Assembly: GCA_963734545.1 (NCBI GenBank)
Contig: CAVTHO010000006.1
Location: 1-64,000 of the forward strand
DNA length: 64,000 bases
Source of the DNA: an uncultured Spirochaetota bacterium
Lineage (GTDB): Bacteria > Spirochaetota > Spirochaetia > SZUA-6 > Fen-1364
Direction of reading: 5' to 3'
A program made the translations under genes and the position numbers. The notes under the pieces were generated by a model. The model was not told where the DNA came from, made no database searches, and saw only the letters and a program-made list of their open reading frames with translations. This document shows, piece after piece, positions 19,222 to 28,365 of the stretch. Each line of letters begins with the position of its first letter. The stretch's first letter is position 1.

Positions 19222-20310
19222 CCTGAGTTCAAGATCGAAGTGCAATAATCAGGAGCGTTCATAGTATACCTCCTGTGGTGGTCTGAAGCCATGGCGCTTT
19301 CTTGGTCTGGCGTTGAGTCTGTTGGAGATTGCCTCGCAATAGGCTTGGGTGACCCCGGACATCGAGACCCCTTTGGGAATGTATTGGCGGATTAACCCGT
19401 TAAGGTTCTCGTTGCTGCCTCGTTCCCAGGAGTGATAGGGGGTAGCGAAATAGCATTGCAAAGGAAAGTGTTGCTCGAGAACCTTGTAGTCATGGAACTC
19501 AGTTCCGTTGTCGAACGTGATTGTCTTGAACTTGGCTCTGTGCGCTGAGATTGCCTCTATGGCGGCTTGATTCACGGAAGCCGCCGTGCGAGAGCTCAGC
19601 TTCCGGATGATAGCGAATCCTGATTTTCGTTCCACAAGGGTTAGGATGCAATTGTGAAGGTCCGTTCCTATTACAGTGTCACCCTCCCAGTGGCCCAGCT
19701 GCATCCTGGTTTCAACCTCGGGCGGACGCTCCGAGATGTGGCGCTTGCCGGCCAGGATTCCTCGCGAATCCCTTGATCTGTAGCGTTTTCTGTGGGTCTT
19801 GGTAACGATTCGCAGGTGCTTGAAAAGCGTGCCTCCATGCTTTTCGTCATCGTAGATGAACTGGTAGATGGTTTCGTGGCTAACGGTGAACGATCCGTTG
19901 CGACGTAAGGACCCAGAAATCTGTTCGGGGCTGAAGTCCTGCTCGAGCAAAGCGATCACCTCTTGCCAGTAGCGGGGAGCCATGTGAAAGCCACGGCGGG
20001 ACCGTTTTCGCCTGGTGGTAGCATAACTGTGGGCAAGATCCGCACGGTACCAACCATCAACGATCTTCTTGTTACGAGCAATCTCGCGACTGATTGTGCT
20101 GGGGGAGCGCTGAAGAGCTCTGGCAATGGCGGAAATGGTAGAGTGCCTATTGCGGAACTCGGTAATGGTGTAGCGTTCATCTTGAGAGAGTTGATGATAT
20201 CTACGCAAGTATGGATCCCCTTTCTTGGCGGAAAAGTGACACGTACCCAAGTAGCATCTCGACTCTCTCATTTGGTTTCCAGACCCTTGCACTTACTTCT
20301 TGAATCCGCG
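19222..20310 (-). mobile_element. IS30-family element type A, copy 1 (1089 bp, 3-bp ATG target duplication)
   Basis: 24-bp imperfect IRs CCTGAGTTCAAGATCGAAGTGCAA / TTGCACTTACTTCTTGAATCCGCG. Confidence 0.92.
19249..20292 (-). CDS. IS30-family transposase (likely TTG start at 20208)
   Basis: SPSTISREI, SPEQIS, GHWEGDTV, TITFDNGTEF, SWERGSNENLNGLIRQY. Confidence 0.93.
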   Translation of the reverse strand: MQGSGNQMRESRCYLGTCHFSAKKGDPYLRRYHQLSQDERYTITEFRNRHSTISAIARALQRSPSTISREIARNKKIVDGWYRADLAHSYATTRRKRSRRGFHMAPRYWQEVIALLEQDFSPEQISGSLRRNGSFTVSHETIYQFIYDDEKHGGTLFKHLRIVTKTHRKRYRSRDSRGILAGKRHISERPPEVETRMQLGHWEGDTVIGTDLHNCILTLVERKSGFAIIRKLSSRTAASVNQAAIEAISAHRAKFKTITFDNGTEFHDYKVLEQHFPLQCYFATPYHSWERGSNENLNGLIRQYIPKGVSMSGVTQAYCEAISNRLNARPRKRHGFRPPQEVYYERS

Positions 20311-20312
20311 AT

Positions 20313-20428
20313 GCCTAACAAATCGTTGCAGTTGTCCGCCTGGGTGCAGTGTGTTAAGTGTTAATGCAGTCTGTCGAACCGTCGCATAGCTATTTGATTC
20401 GGGGCGGCAACTGAACTCTATGTTATGT
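20313..20428 (+). repeat. attC-like site 13
   Basis: GCCTAAC...GTTATGT. Confidence 0.9.
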
Positions 20429-20549
20429 TCATCTAAAAATGATGGAGCACTCTTCGAGGTGCCTTCCATTCTCATTGGAGAACGCATCACCGTGCACTAC
20501 AACAAGTCTTCACTTGACGATTTTTCGAAGCCAAACATATCTTAAGTCC

Positions 20550-21200
20550 ATGCCTAAGCTAGTCGTTCGCAGTTTTACGGTCTCACTTGATGGTTATTGT
20601 GCCGCCCCCGATCAGACCCTCGAGGCGCCCTTTGGCAAGGGCGGCCTGAGGTTGATGAACTGGGCCTTTGCCACCAAGTTCTTCAGTACGATGTTCGGAA
20701 AAGAGGGCGGGGCGGAAGGCGTCGACAACGACTTTGCCTCCCATGCCGACGACAACATTGGCGCCAGCATCATGGGCCGCAATATGTTCGGCCCCTTGCG
20801 TGGCGCCTGGGCCAACGAGGATTGGAAGGGCTGGTGGGGTGAAACCCCTCCTTACCATCACCCAGTGTTCGTCGTGAGCCATCATAAGCGCGCCGCCTTT
20901 GACATGCTGGGTGGCACCAGCTTTACCTTTGTGAACGACGGCATCGAGTCTGCCCTGAAGCAGGCCTTTGCCGCAGCCAAGGGTAAGGATGCGCGCTTAG
21001 CCGGTGGTCCGTCAATCGTGAGGCAGTATTGGAAAGCAGGTTTGATTGACGAGTTGCATCTAGTCCAAGTCCCAATCATGCTTTGCCAGGGCGAGAGGCT
21101 GTTTGAGGGCCTAGAAGGCGTGGAAGAGCGGTATGAAGTCGCTGAATTCACCCCCTCCAAGTCGGTGGCCCATCTCCGTGTCGTAAAAAGAAAGGCCTAA
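20550..21200 (+). CDS. Dihydrofolate reductase / RibD C-terminal family protein
   Basis: SLDGY...IMGRNMF...WWGETPPYHHPVFV...AGLIDEL. Confidence 0.88.
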   Translation: MPKLVVRSFTVSLDGYCAAPDQTLEAPFGKGGLRLMNWAFATKFFSTMFGKEGGAEGVDNDFASHADDNIGASIMGRNMFGPLRGAWANEDWKGWWGETPPYHHPVFVVSHHKRAAFDMLGGTSFTFVNDGIESALKQAFAAAKGKDARLAGGPSIVRQYWKAGLIDELHLVQVPIMLCQGERLFEGLEGVEERYEVAEFTPSKSVAHLRVVKRKA

Positions 21201-21301
21201 GAACTCCTAAGACGTCACTATTGACGCCCTGCCGGGTGGAGCATACGATCCGTCCGTTTTGGAATGGCTGATTTCCATGGGTCGGCGCTACAGCGGGATG
21301 A

Positions 21302-21416
21302 ACATAACAAATCGTTGCAGTAGTCGCCTTAAGGGCCGTCTGGAAGTGGCGGTGCAGCCCGAGAAGCCTTGGGCTTTTGGCTTCGGGCGGCGGGGCAACT
21401 GAACTCTATGTTATGT
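21302..21416 (+). repeat. attC-like site 14 (hybrid arms)
   Basis: Left arm GTAGTCGCC, right arm GGGGCAAC. Confidence 0.88.
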
Positions 21417-21572
21417 TCAACAAAGCCGCGATCAGCACAGCGGAATGCCAGCTGTCGCTTGGCACCGAGAGCATCGGCGCGGAAAGGTCTATATCGAGCG
21501 TCGACAAGGTCGGCTCTGGTAGGTGATTGACTATACGTATGCATGGTGATACTTTATACGTGGAGAATCACA

Positions 21573-21824
21573 ATGACCACGAAATTAACGCTGAGCGTCG
21601 ACAAGCGGGTAGTTCAAAGAGCCAAGGTCTTCGCTCGAAAACAAAAACAGAGCCTTTCGCAGATTGTAAACACTTATCTTGATCACATCTCGCGGCAGAT
21701 GGCCGGCGCGGAAGATATCGATCCGGAAGTGATGGAGTTGTCCGATCGAATAAAGCTTAAGGACTTGCCTGATCTCAAAGACTCCAAGTACCGGTATTTG
21801 AAAGAAAAGTACATCCATGACTAA
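21573..21824 (+). CDS. Antitoxin (DUF6364-like RHH)
   Basis: MTTKLTLSVD...AKVFARKQKQSLSQIV...YLKEKY. Confidence 0.75.
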   Translation: MTTKLTLSVDKRVVQRAKVFARKQKQSLSQIVNTYLDHISRQMAGAEDIDPEVMELSDRIKLKDLPDLKDSKYRYLKEKYIHD

Positions 21825-22245
21825 GGTCTTTATTGACACGGATGTACTGCTGGACGTCTTCCTAGAAAGAGAGCCGCATCATTCGATAGCCTTGCGTCTT
21901 CTTACGGACCTACGACGAAATGGGACAAGCTGCCTTACCTCAGCGGTCGTGCTGGCAAACATGAACTACATACTCGCCAAGGCAAAGGGCAGAGAGTACT
22001 CAGTCAACAAGTTGCGTTCCTTGCGGAGGATGGTTGGTGTCGCCCCCATCGACGAAGCGATGGTAGATGCTGCACTGGCGGCGCCACATCGCGACTTTGA
22101 AGATAGTCTCCAATTTCATTGTGCGAGTGGAAGCGGAATTGGAACGTTGATAACGCGTAACGCAAAGCACTACCCCAAGGGCCGACTTCGCGTCACAAGT
22201 CCAGTTGAGTATCTGGGATCTCAAGGTCCTGCAGAATCTGGTTGA
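21817..22245 (+). CDS. PIN-domain toxin
   Basis: VFIDTDVLLD...DFEDSLQ...LITRN. Confidence 0.88.
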   Translation: MTKVFIDTDVLLDVFLEREPHHSIALRLLTDLRRNGTSCLTSAVVLANMNYILAKAKGREYSVNKLRSLRRMVGVAPIDEAMVDAALAAPHRDFEDSLQFHCASGSGIGTLITRNAKHYPKGRLRVTSPVEYLGSQGPAESG

Positions 22246-22360
22246 ACATAACAAATCGTTGCAGTTGTCCCCTTAGAGGCTGCTCGGAACGGTGGGTGCA
22301 GCCTGGCAACTACAGGCAGTGCAGGTTGATGCGGCGGGGCAACTGAACTCTATGTTAGAA
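22246..22360 (+). repeat. attC-like site 15
   Basis: Begins directly after the PIN stop codon; ACATAAC...GTTAGAA. Confidence 0.9.
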
Positions 22361-22453
22361 CGCCCAAGAATTTTGGAAACCGACATTTGCAGCTCCCTTA
22401 CCGCCAGAATGGCTATGGCCAATTTTAAGAATGTACTATCCTGCATTTGACCG

Positions 22454-22486
22454 TTGACACAATCAGTGGTATCATATATGATACCA
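22454..22486 (+). promoter_or_regulatory. TA promoter with perfect 20-bp palindromic operator
   Basis: TTGACA-17-TATGAT; TGGTATCATATATGATACCA (22467-22486) overlaps the -10. Confidence 0.7.
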
Positions 22487-22491
22487 AGATA

Positions 22492-22917
22492 ATGGTTCCC
22501 AAAGTCGTAATGGATACTAACGTCCTGGTGGCAGGTTTGCGGTCGCAGAAAGGCGCATCATTTCGAATGCTGTCTCTGATCGACAGCGGAAAGTTCACTC
22601 TTTGCCTGTCGGTCCCTATGGTGCTGGAATACGAGGCCGCTGCCAAGAAACAAGCCCGTACAACAGGGCTGAGGACAACTGACATTGATGCCATCATCGA
22701 CTACCTATGCTTGGTGGGCCAACACTACAAGATCTATTACCTTTGGCGTCCATTCCTTAGAGACCAGAAGGATGACATGGTACTGGAGTTGGCTGTTACA
22801 TCGAATGCCAATTTGATAGTTACTTACAACAGGGCTGATTTCAAAGGAGCTGATCACTTCGGCATCAAAGTGATCACTCCCAAAGACCTCTTGACCCAAA
22901 TAGGAGTATTCCCATGA
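22492..22917 (+). CDS. PIN-domain toxin
   Basis: VVMDTNVLVAGLRS...LWRPFLRDQKDDMVLELA. Confidence 0.88.
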   Translation: MVPKVVMDTNVLVAGLRSQKGASFRMLSLIDSGKFTLCLSVPMVLEYEAAAKKQARTTGLRTTDIDAIIDYLCLVGQHYKIYYLWRPFLRDQKDDMVLELAVTSNANLIVTYNRADFKGADHFGIKVITPKDLLTQIGVFP

Positions 22918-23150
22918 GCGCCATTAGCATACGGCTTCCAGATTCACTGCACCGAAAGGTGAAGGAAGTGGCTCAAAGAGACAACGTATCGATCAACCAG
23001 ATGATTACTTTGGCAGTCGCAGAAAAGCTTTCCGCACTTGAAACGGAAGACTATCTCGAGAAGAGAGCTGGCAGAGCAAGCAAAGCCAAGTTCCGCAGAG
23101 CACTTAAGAAGATCTCATTGCGCGCTCCCGAAAAGGCCGACAGATTATAG
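22914..23150 (+). CDS. RHH (HicB-like) antitoxin
   Basis: MSAISIRLPDSLH...SINQMITLAVAEK. Confidence 0.82.
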   Translation: MSAISIRLPDSLHRKVKEVAQRDNVSINQMITLAVAEKLSALETEDYLEKRAGRASKAKFRRALKKISLRAPEKADRL

Positions 23151-23154
23151 GGCG

Positions 23155-23270
23155 TTCTAACAAATCGTTGCAGTAGTCGCCTTAAGGGCCGTCTGGAACT
23201 GTGAATGCAGCCTGGCAATTCCGTGCAGCGTTGGTTTGATGCGGCGGGGCAACTGAACTCTATGTTCTGC
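23155..23270 (+). repeat. attC-like site 16 (hybrid arms; R' = GTTCTGC)
   Basis: TTCTAAC...GTTCTGC. Confidence 0.88.
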
Positions 23271-23416
23271 GCCTTTGTAGGCCTATTGGCTCGGTTGCTT
23301 GACTAATAGCGACGCGACACTAGGTCGGAATGATCCATTGGTCGGCATGGAAACCGACTTCCACAGGTCACCAAGCTCGTGATACTATTCTTGCAGATTT
23401 GCGGTAGAGGTGAAAA

Positions 23417-23737
23417 ATGGCCGCAGCACGGAACATGGTTAGCAATCGTCAGGAAATAATAGCATATATAGACTCACATCGTGAACAGCTCCGCACCAGG
23501 TTTCATGTCCGTAAGATTGCATTGATTGGTTCTTTCGCTCGTGACGAACAGACTCCTGAAAGCGACGTGGACCTTTTGCTGGATCTTGAAGAGGGAACCG
23601 CGAGCATTTATCAATTGAAGCGCAACCTAAAGGACGAGTTGGAGCGGCAATTCGGCCGTCCGGTCGAACTTGCGTCGGAACGATATCTAAAGCCATATTA
23701 CAAAAAGCAGATTCTTCAAGAAGCTATCTATGTCTAG
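23417..23737 (+). CDS. Minimal nucleotidyltransferase (MNT) antitoxin
   Basis: IGSFARDEQTPESDVDLL. Confidence 0.88.
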   Translation: MAAARNMVSNRQEIIAYIDSHREQLRTRFHVRKIALIGSFARDEQTPESDVDLLLDLEEGTASIYQLKRNLKDELERQFGRPVELASERYLKPYYKKQILQEAIYV

Positions 23738-24074
23738 CAAAGACAGGGCGAATCTGCTCGCAATATTGGACGCTATCGCTCGTATCAACGAATACACGAA
23801 GGCTGTCGGCTCTCCTCAGGAATTCTACAAATCGTCTGTTGTATTTGATGCAACCCTTATGAACTTCATCAACATAGGAGAAATGGCTGATCGACTATCA
23901 AAACCACTAAGGGATCGGCATGTTGATGTTGACTGGCAGAGAGTGAAGGATTTCAGGAACCTCGTCGCGCACGACTATCTTGGAGTTGACGCGGAAGAGG
24001 TTTGGCAGATCATCAAGAATGATTTGCCAATTCTCCGTAGCTCAGTAAGCAATATTCTAGCGGAGCTGAAATAG
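23730..24074 (+). CDS. HEPN/DUF86 RNase toxin
   Basis: FRNLVAHDY (RxxxxH) motif; downstream of MNT. Confidence 0.88.
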   Translation: MSSKDRANLLAILDAIARINEYTKAVGSPQEFYKSSVVFDATLMNFINIGEMADRLSKPLRDRHVDVDWQRVKDFRNLVAHDYLGVDAEEVWQIIKNDLPILRSSVSNILAELK

Positions 24075-24091
24075 CGTCATAAACGGAAGGC

Positions 24092-24207
24092 GCAGAACAA
24101 ATCGTTGCAGTTGTCCCCTTGAAGGCCGTTTGGATCGGTGCATGCAGTCTGGCAATTCCATGTAGTGTTGGGTTGATGCGGCGGGGCAACTGAACTCTAT
24201 GTTACAT
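24092..24207 (+). repeat. attC-like site 17
   Basis: GCAGAAC...GTTACAT. Confidence 0.9.
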
Positions 24208-24661
24208 GCCCCAAAATGACAAAACGCGCACCTATCGAGAACGGTTGGCTACATCCATATTCATGGAATAGAAGAATCCCGCTTTTGCCGTGAGAGATTT
24301 CTGCTGCCTAGATTGGGCATACGTAGCACTCGAGATATTGAAAACAACACATGGCAGGCTGTTGCCCAACGAAAGGATGAGACAACGGTAAGCCGGATGA
24401 TTGTAGGCATTGATGTGCTGTATGCCTAGGAAATTACGCTCCTAGGGCGGTGTGTTGCGCAAAAGAAAACCAATCACGCACAAGCGTGGGCTGCATTTAT
24501 CTTATCCGCTGGCGCAGAAGATCGGCGGCCGTTCAGTCGGAATTGACGTTGTATTCACGGTCTACCATTGCTTGGTGATGTGTTGGGACAAAAGGATTTG
24601 TGCAGTTTGCATTCCGCCCACGCAATAGAATGGCTTGAAAAGAGACGGTGGGGCATGTAAC
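24201..24661 (+). other. ORF-less cassette, copy B
   Basis: Diverged duplicate of 9537-9995. Confidence 0.75.
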
Positions 24662-24770
24662 AAATCGTTGCAGTTGTCCCCTTAGAGGCCGCTCGGAACA
24701 GTGAATGCGGCCCGGCAATTCAATGAAGCCCTTGTCTGATGCGGCGGGGCAACTGAACTCTATGTTATCT
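24655..24770 (+). repeat. attC-like site 18
   Basis: Nearly identical to site 1. Confidence 0.9.
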
Positions 24771-24818
24771 CCCCCAAGAGACTTGATAGCGTTGCATCCG
24801 CGATACATATTGATGCAT

Positions 24819-25019
24819 ATGAGAACTACACTCAATATCGACAGTGGCCTTTTGAAGGAAGCAGGCAAACTGACTGGCATCTCCGAAAAGACTGCGCTCG
24901 TCAGAATGGGCCTGGAAGCGCTTATCGCGAAGGAAAGTGCGAGACGGTTGGCCGATCTTGGGGGAACCGAGAAGAAACTGTCCCCAATCCCTAGGAGACG
25001 ACCGACGAGGGTCGCATGA
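24819..25019 (+). CDS. vapB: VapB-family antitoxin
   Basis: MRTTLNIDSGLLKEA...EKTALVRMGLEALI. Confidence 0.85.
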   Translation: MRTTLNIDSGLLKEAGKLTGISEKTALVRMGLEALIAKESARRLADLGGTEKKLSPIPRRRPTRVA

Positions 25020-25378
25020 TTCTCGTAGACACCTCTGTTTGGGTTGATCATTTCAGAAATGGGAGTGCTCAACTGAAAGCTTGGCTAAATGACAACGAAG
25101 TGATCGTACATCCGTTTGTTATTGGTGAACTTGCTTGCGGCTCGATGCGAAACAGAAATGAAGTCCTGAACTTGCTATCCGAATTGCCAGAAGCGACAGT
25201 TGCGAATCACGACGAGGTTCTGACCTTTGTCGAGAACAATAGACTGCATGGAACCGGAATTGGATGGATAGACGCTCACCTCGTGGCGTCTGCTTTGCGG
25301 TCAAAAAGCAAGTTGATGACTTTAGACAAGCAGTTGTCCAGAATTGCCTCAATGCTTGGGCTGCGCCCATCGAAATAG
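25016..25378 (+). CDS. vapC: VapC PIN toxin
   Basis: MILVDTSVWVDHF...HPFVIGELACG...IDAHLVAS. Confidence 0.9.
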   Translation: MILVDTSVWVDHFRNGSAQLKAWLNDNEVIVHPFVIGELACGSMRNRNEVLNLLSELPEATVANHDEVLTFVENNRLHGTGIGWIDAHLVASALRSKSKLMTLDKQLSRIASMLGLRPSK

Positions 25379-25452
25379 AGCACAAAACAGATAGGCGCCG
25401 CGTGCTGATCAATGGATGTCACTTTCCTTTGGAAGTGGCCAATGCAGGGTGG

Positions 25453-25568
25453 AGATAACAAATCGTTGCAGTTGTCCCCTTAGAGGCTGTTTTGAACTGT
25501 GAATGCAGCCTGTCAATTGCATTCAGTCTTGGGTTGATGCGGCGGGGCAACTGAACTCTATGTTATGT
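25453..25568 (+). repeat. attC-like site 19
   Basis: AGATAAC...GTTATGT. Confidence 0.9.
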
Positions 25569-25714
25569 CTCTCCTATTTGGCGTTTGATAGCGTTTGAAA
25601 GTGTCAGCCTGAAACGAGTGTCATTTCAACCGTAGGCGTGGGAGAACTATCTATGCCAGCACTTGACGAGATCTTGTTCTATGTATTACAGTCCGTAATA
25701 CAAGGAGGTCGCGT

Positions 25715-25963
25715 GTGTTGTCAGTACGCTTGCCAGGGGAGCTCGAGAGGAAGGTTAAGCAACTTGCTACTGTCGAGGGGCGCACGAAGACAGAGATAAT
25801 CCGCGTCGCACTCGAAGCATACGTCAAGTTAAAGGACCAGACCGCCTCCTCCTACGATATCGGTAAGGACCTCTTCGGTCGTCATGGGTCAGGCCGCCGT
25901 GACCTGTCGATCATCTACAAGAGCAAAGTGAAGGAACGGATTCGTGAAAAGCACTCTCATTGA
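25715..25963 (+). CDS. RHH/CopG antitoxin
   Basis: LSVRLPGELE...TKTEIIRVALEAY; AGGAGG RBS; TGTATTAC-N5-GTAATACA operator upstream. Confidence 0.82.
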   Translation: MLSVRLPGELERKVKQLATVEGRTKTEIIRVALEAYVKLKDQTASSYDIGKDLFGRHGSGRRDLSIIYKSKVKERIREKHSH

Positions 25964-26357
25964 TGCCGGGCCGCTCATTGCACTTTTCGACAAGGACGAC
26001 AAATATCATCGCAAGGTCAGGGGGTTTCTCTCCCACGGTGATACCGCGCTCATTACGACCTGGCCGGTCATTACTGAGACCTGCCACATGTTGGATTTCA
26101 GTGCCGAGGCCCAACTGGACTTCCTGGAATGGACATATCGCGGCGGCTTGCGTATCCACGAGCTGGGCAAACCTGATCTGGAAAGGATGATCTCCCTTAT
26201 AAGAAAGTACCGTGATCGACCAATGGACCTTGCCGATGCCAGTCTAGTCGTCACATCTGAGGTTCTTGGCATAAAGCAGATCATTTCTATTGACAGGGAC
26301 TTTGAGATCTATCGAAGGGCAGACAAGAAGCCGATCGACAACATCTTGCTCAAGTAG
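25944..26357 (+). CDS. PIN-domain toxin
   Basis: LIDAGPLIAL...TWPVITE...MDLADASLV...SIDRDF. Confidence 0.9.
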   Translation: MKSTLIDAGPLIALFDKDDKYHRKVRGFLSHGDTALITTWPVITETCHMLDFSAEAQLDFLEWTYRGGLRIHELGKPDLERMISLIRKYRDRPMDLADASLVVTSEVLGIKQIISIDRDFEIYRRADKKPIDNILLK

Positions 26358-26370
26358 ACAACTGGAGAGA

Positions 26371-27451
26371 CTTAGGTTCAAGGTTGAAGTGCAATTATCG
26401 AGAGTCTGCATTATATACCTCCTGGGGTGTTCTGTAGCCGTGGCGTTTTCGGGGTCTTGAGTTCAATTTGAAGGCAATGTAGTTGCAGTGGGCTTGGGTG
26501 ATGCCGCTCATGCACATTCCCTTGGGGAGGTATTGGCGGATAAGGCCGTTTAGGTTTTCGTTGCTACCACGTTCCCAAGAATGAAAAGGCGTTGCGAAGT
26601 AGCATTTCAGAGGGAACTGATCTTCTAGAATCTTGTATTCGTGGAACTCCGTTCCGTTGTCCAAGGTGAGTGTTTTGAAGTGGGCCTCGTGTTCTTTGAT
26701 GGCCATAACGGCTGCCCGAATGACCTCAGCAGCTGTTCGTGAGTTCATCTTCTTGATGATGACAAGGCCTGACTTTCTTTCTACGAGGGTGAGAATGCAG
26801 TGGTGGAGATCACTGCCCATCACGGTATCACCCTCCCAGTGGCCGAGCACCTTGCGTGTCTCTACTTCATAGGGACGAGTTGAAATATGACGCTTTCCAG
26901 GGAGAATTCCGCGTGAATCCTTGGAGTTGTAGCGCTTTTTGCGGACTTTGGGGATGATTCGCAGATATGTGAACAGCGTACCTCCGTTCTTTTTGTCGTG
27001 GAGGATGTACTTGTAGATCGTCTCGTGGCTAATAGTGAAAGATCCATGGAGTTTCAAGCAGTTGGAGATCTGCTCGGGACTCCACTTCTCCTTTAGTAGA
27101 AGAACGACTTGATCCCATTGTTGCACAGTATGGTGAAAACCACGGCGCACGCGTCGCCGCCTGGCAATGCTCTTGTAATAAGCCTCATCAGCACGATACT
27201 TGCCATCGCAAAGCTTCTTATTGCGGATCAGTTCCCTGCTGATGGTACTAGGAGATCGACCAAGCACCCGGGCGATGTCGGCCTTCGAGTGGCGACTTAC
27301 CCTGAGGCCCGTAATGATGTATCGTTCTTCTTGAGAGAGTTGGTGATAGGTACTCATGTATGCATCCTTTCTGTGGTAGGAATCGAAGCATACAACATCT
27401 CAGCTCTCTCATTTCTTCGAAATAGCGTTGCACTTACTAGTTGAATCCACG
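26371..27451 (-). mobile_element. IS30-family element type B (1081 bp)
   Basis: IRs CTTAGGTTCAAGGTTGAAGTGCAA / TTGCACTTACTAGTTGAATCCACG. Confidence 0.9.
26395..27357 (-). CDS. IS30-family transposase
   Basis: GHWEGDTV, LTLDNGTEF, ERGSNENLNGLIRQY. Confidence 0.93.
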   Translation of the reverse strand: MSTYHQLSQEERYIITGLRVSRHSKADIARVLGRSPSTISRELIRNKKLCDGKYRADEAYYKSIARRRRVRRGFHHTVQQWDQVVLLLKEKWSPEQISNCLKLHGSFTISHETIYKYILHDKKNGGTLFTYLRIIPKVRKKRYNSKDSRGILPGKRHISTRPYEVETRKVLGHWEGDTVMGSDLHHCILTLVERKSGLVIIKKMNSRTAAEVIRAAVMAIKEHEAHFKTLTLDNGTEFHEYKILEDQFPLKCYFATPFHSWERGSNENLNGLIRQYLPKGMCMSGITQAHCNYIAFKLNSRPRKRHGYRTPQEVYNADSR

Positions 27452-27454
27452 CGC

Positions 27455-27569
27455 GCATAACAAATCGTTGCAGTTGTCCCCTAAGAGGCCGCCTGGAACG
27501 GTGAATGCAGCCTGGCAATTCCATGCAGTGCAGGTTGATGCGGCGGGGCAACTGAACTCTATGTTAGGT
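27455..27569 (+). repeat. attC-like site 20
   Basis: GCATAAC...GTTAGGT. Confidence 0.9.
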
Positions 27570-27882
27570 TGTTCTATGCTTTGTTCTGATTCGGGGAGGC
27601 CTGATGGCCAAGCATGACGTACAGTCTGTACGGGTACATTCCGACTGAGCTGAATCGACTTCCGCGAGGAGAGAAGCACAACGCGATCACCAAATAGAGC
27701 TGCGCTTGTTTGCCCAAACTTGGAGCCGGTTTGAAAAAGCTCTTGCAGATACTGATATCGCTACCCAACGGGGAGTGCGGCAATTGATGAAAAGGCTCTG
27801 TTTTGGTATACCCAGTAGCATCAATGACTACATCCATAGGAATTCATTGTAAGAGATTGGTACTGCCGCAAAGGATTGAGTA

Positions 27883-28179
27883 GTGGCGCTAATCTTTCGC
27901 TGGGATCAACGGAAAGCCAAAGCAAACCTATCAAAACATGGCATTTCATTTGAAGAGGCTTCTTCCGCATTTGGGGACCCACTCTCAATTACCATTGAGG
28001 ATGTTGACCACTCATATGGTGAAAATAGGTATATTCTCCTTGGGGAAACCTTGGAGCATGATCTTGTAATTGTGGCTCATACCGACAGGAATGGGGAAAT
28101 ACGAATCATCAGTGCAAGGCTCGCTACAAGGCAAGAACGGAGATCATATGAAACCGGCAAAGCGAAATCCAAAGGGTGA
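27883..28179 (+). CDS. brnT: BrnT-family toxin
   Basis: FRWDQRKAKANLSKHGISFEEA...IRIISAR. Confidence 0.9.
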   Translation: MALIFRWDQRKAKANLSKHGISFEEASSAFGDPLSITIEDVDHSYGENRYILLGETLEHDLVIVAHTDRNGEIRIISARLATRQERRSYETGKAKSKG

Positions 28180-28360
28180 TCAAATGAGAGCTGAGTACGA
28201 CTTTTCAAAAGGAGTACGTGGCAAGTACGCAAAACTTTTTGCCAAAGGAACTAACATTATCGTTCTTGATCCAGATGTAGCAAAAGTATTTAAGAATTCA
28301 AAAGAAGTGAACTCTATTCTGCGTACGTTGACTAAGATCGCTGTTCAAAAGGCAAAATAG
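28148..28360 (+). CDS. BrnA-like antitoxin
   Basis: MRAEYDFSKGVRGKY...LDPDVAKVF...VNSILR. Confidence 0.8.
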   Translation: MKPAKRNPKGDQMRAEYDFSKGVRGKYAKLFAKGTNIIVLDPDVAKVFKNSKEVNSILRTLTKIAVQKAK

Positions 28361-28365
28361 AACAA

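Noticed and set aside
20550-21200. Trimethoprim-resistance dfr cassette
   Set aside because: The sequence matches the longer RibD-C/DHFR-like family rather than DfrA or DfrB
27574-27837. 87-aa minus-strand ORF upstream of brnT
   Set aside because: No recognisable motif; it may be a fragment, so support is insufficient
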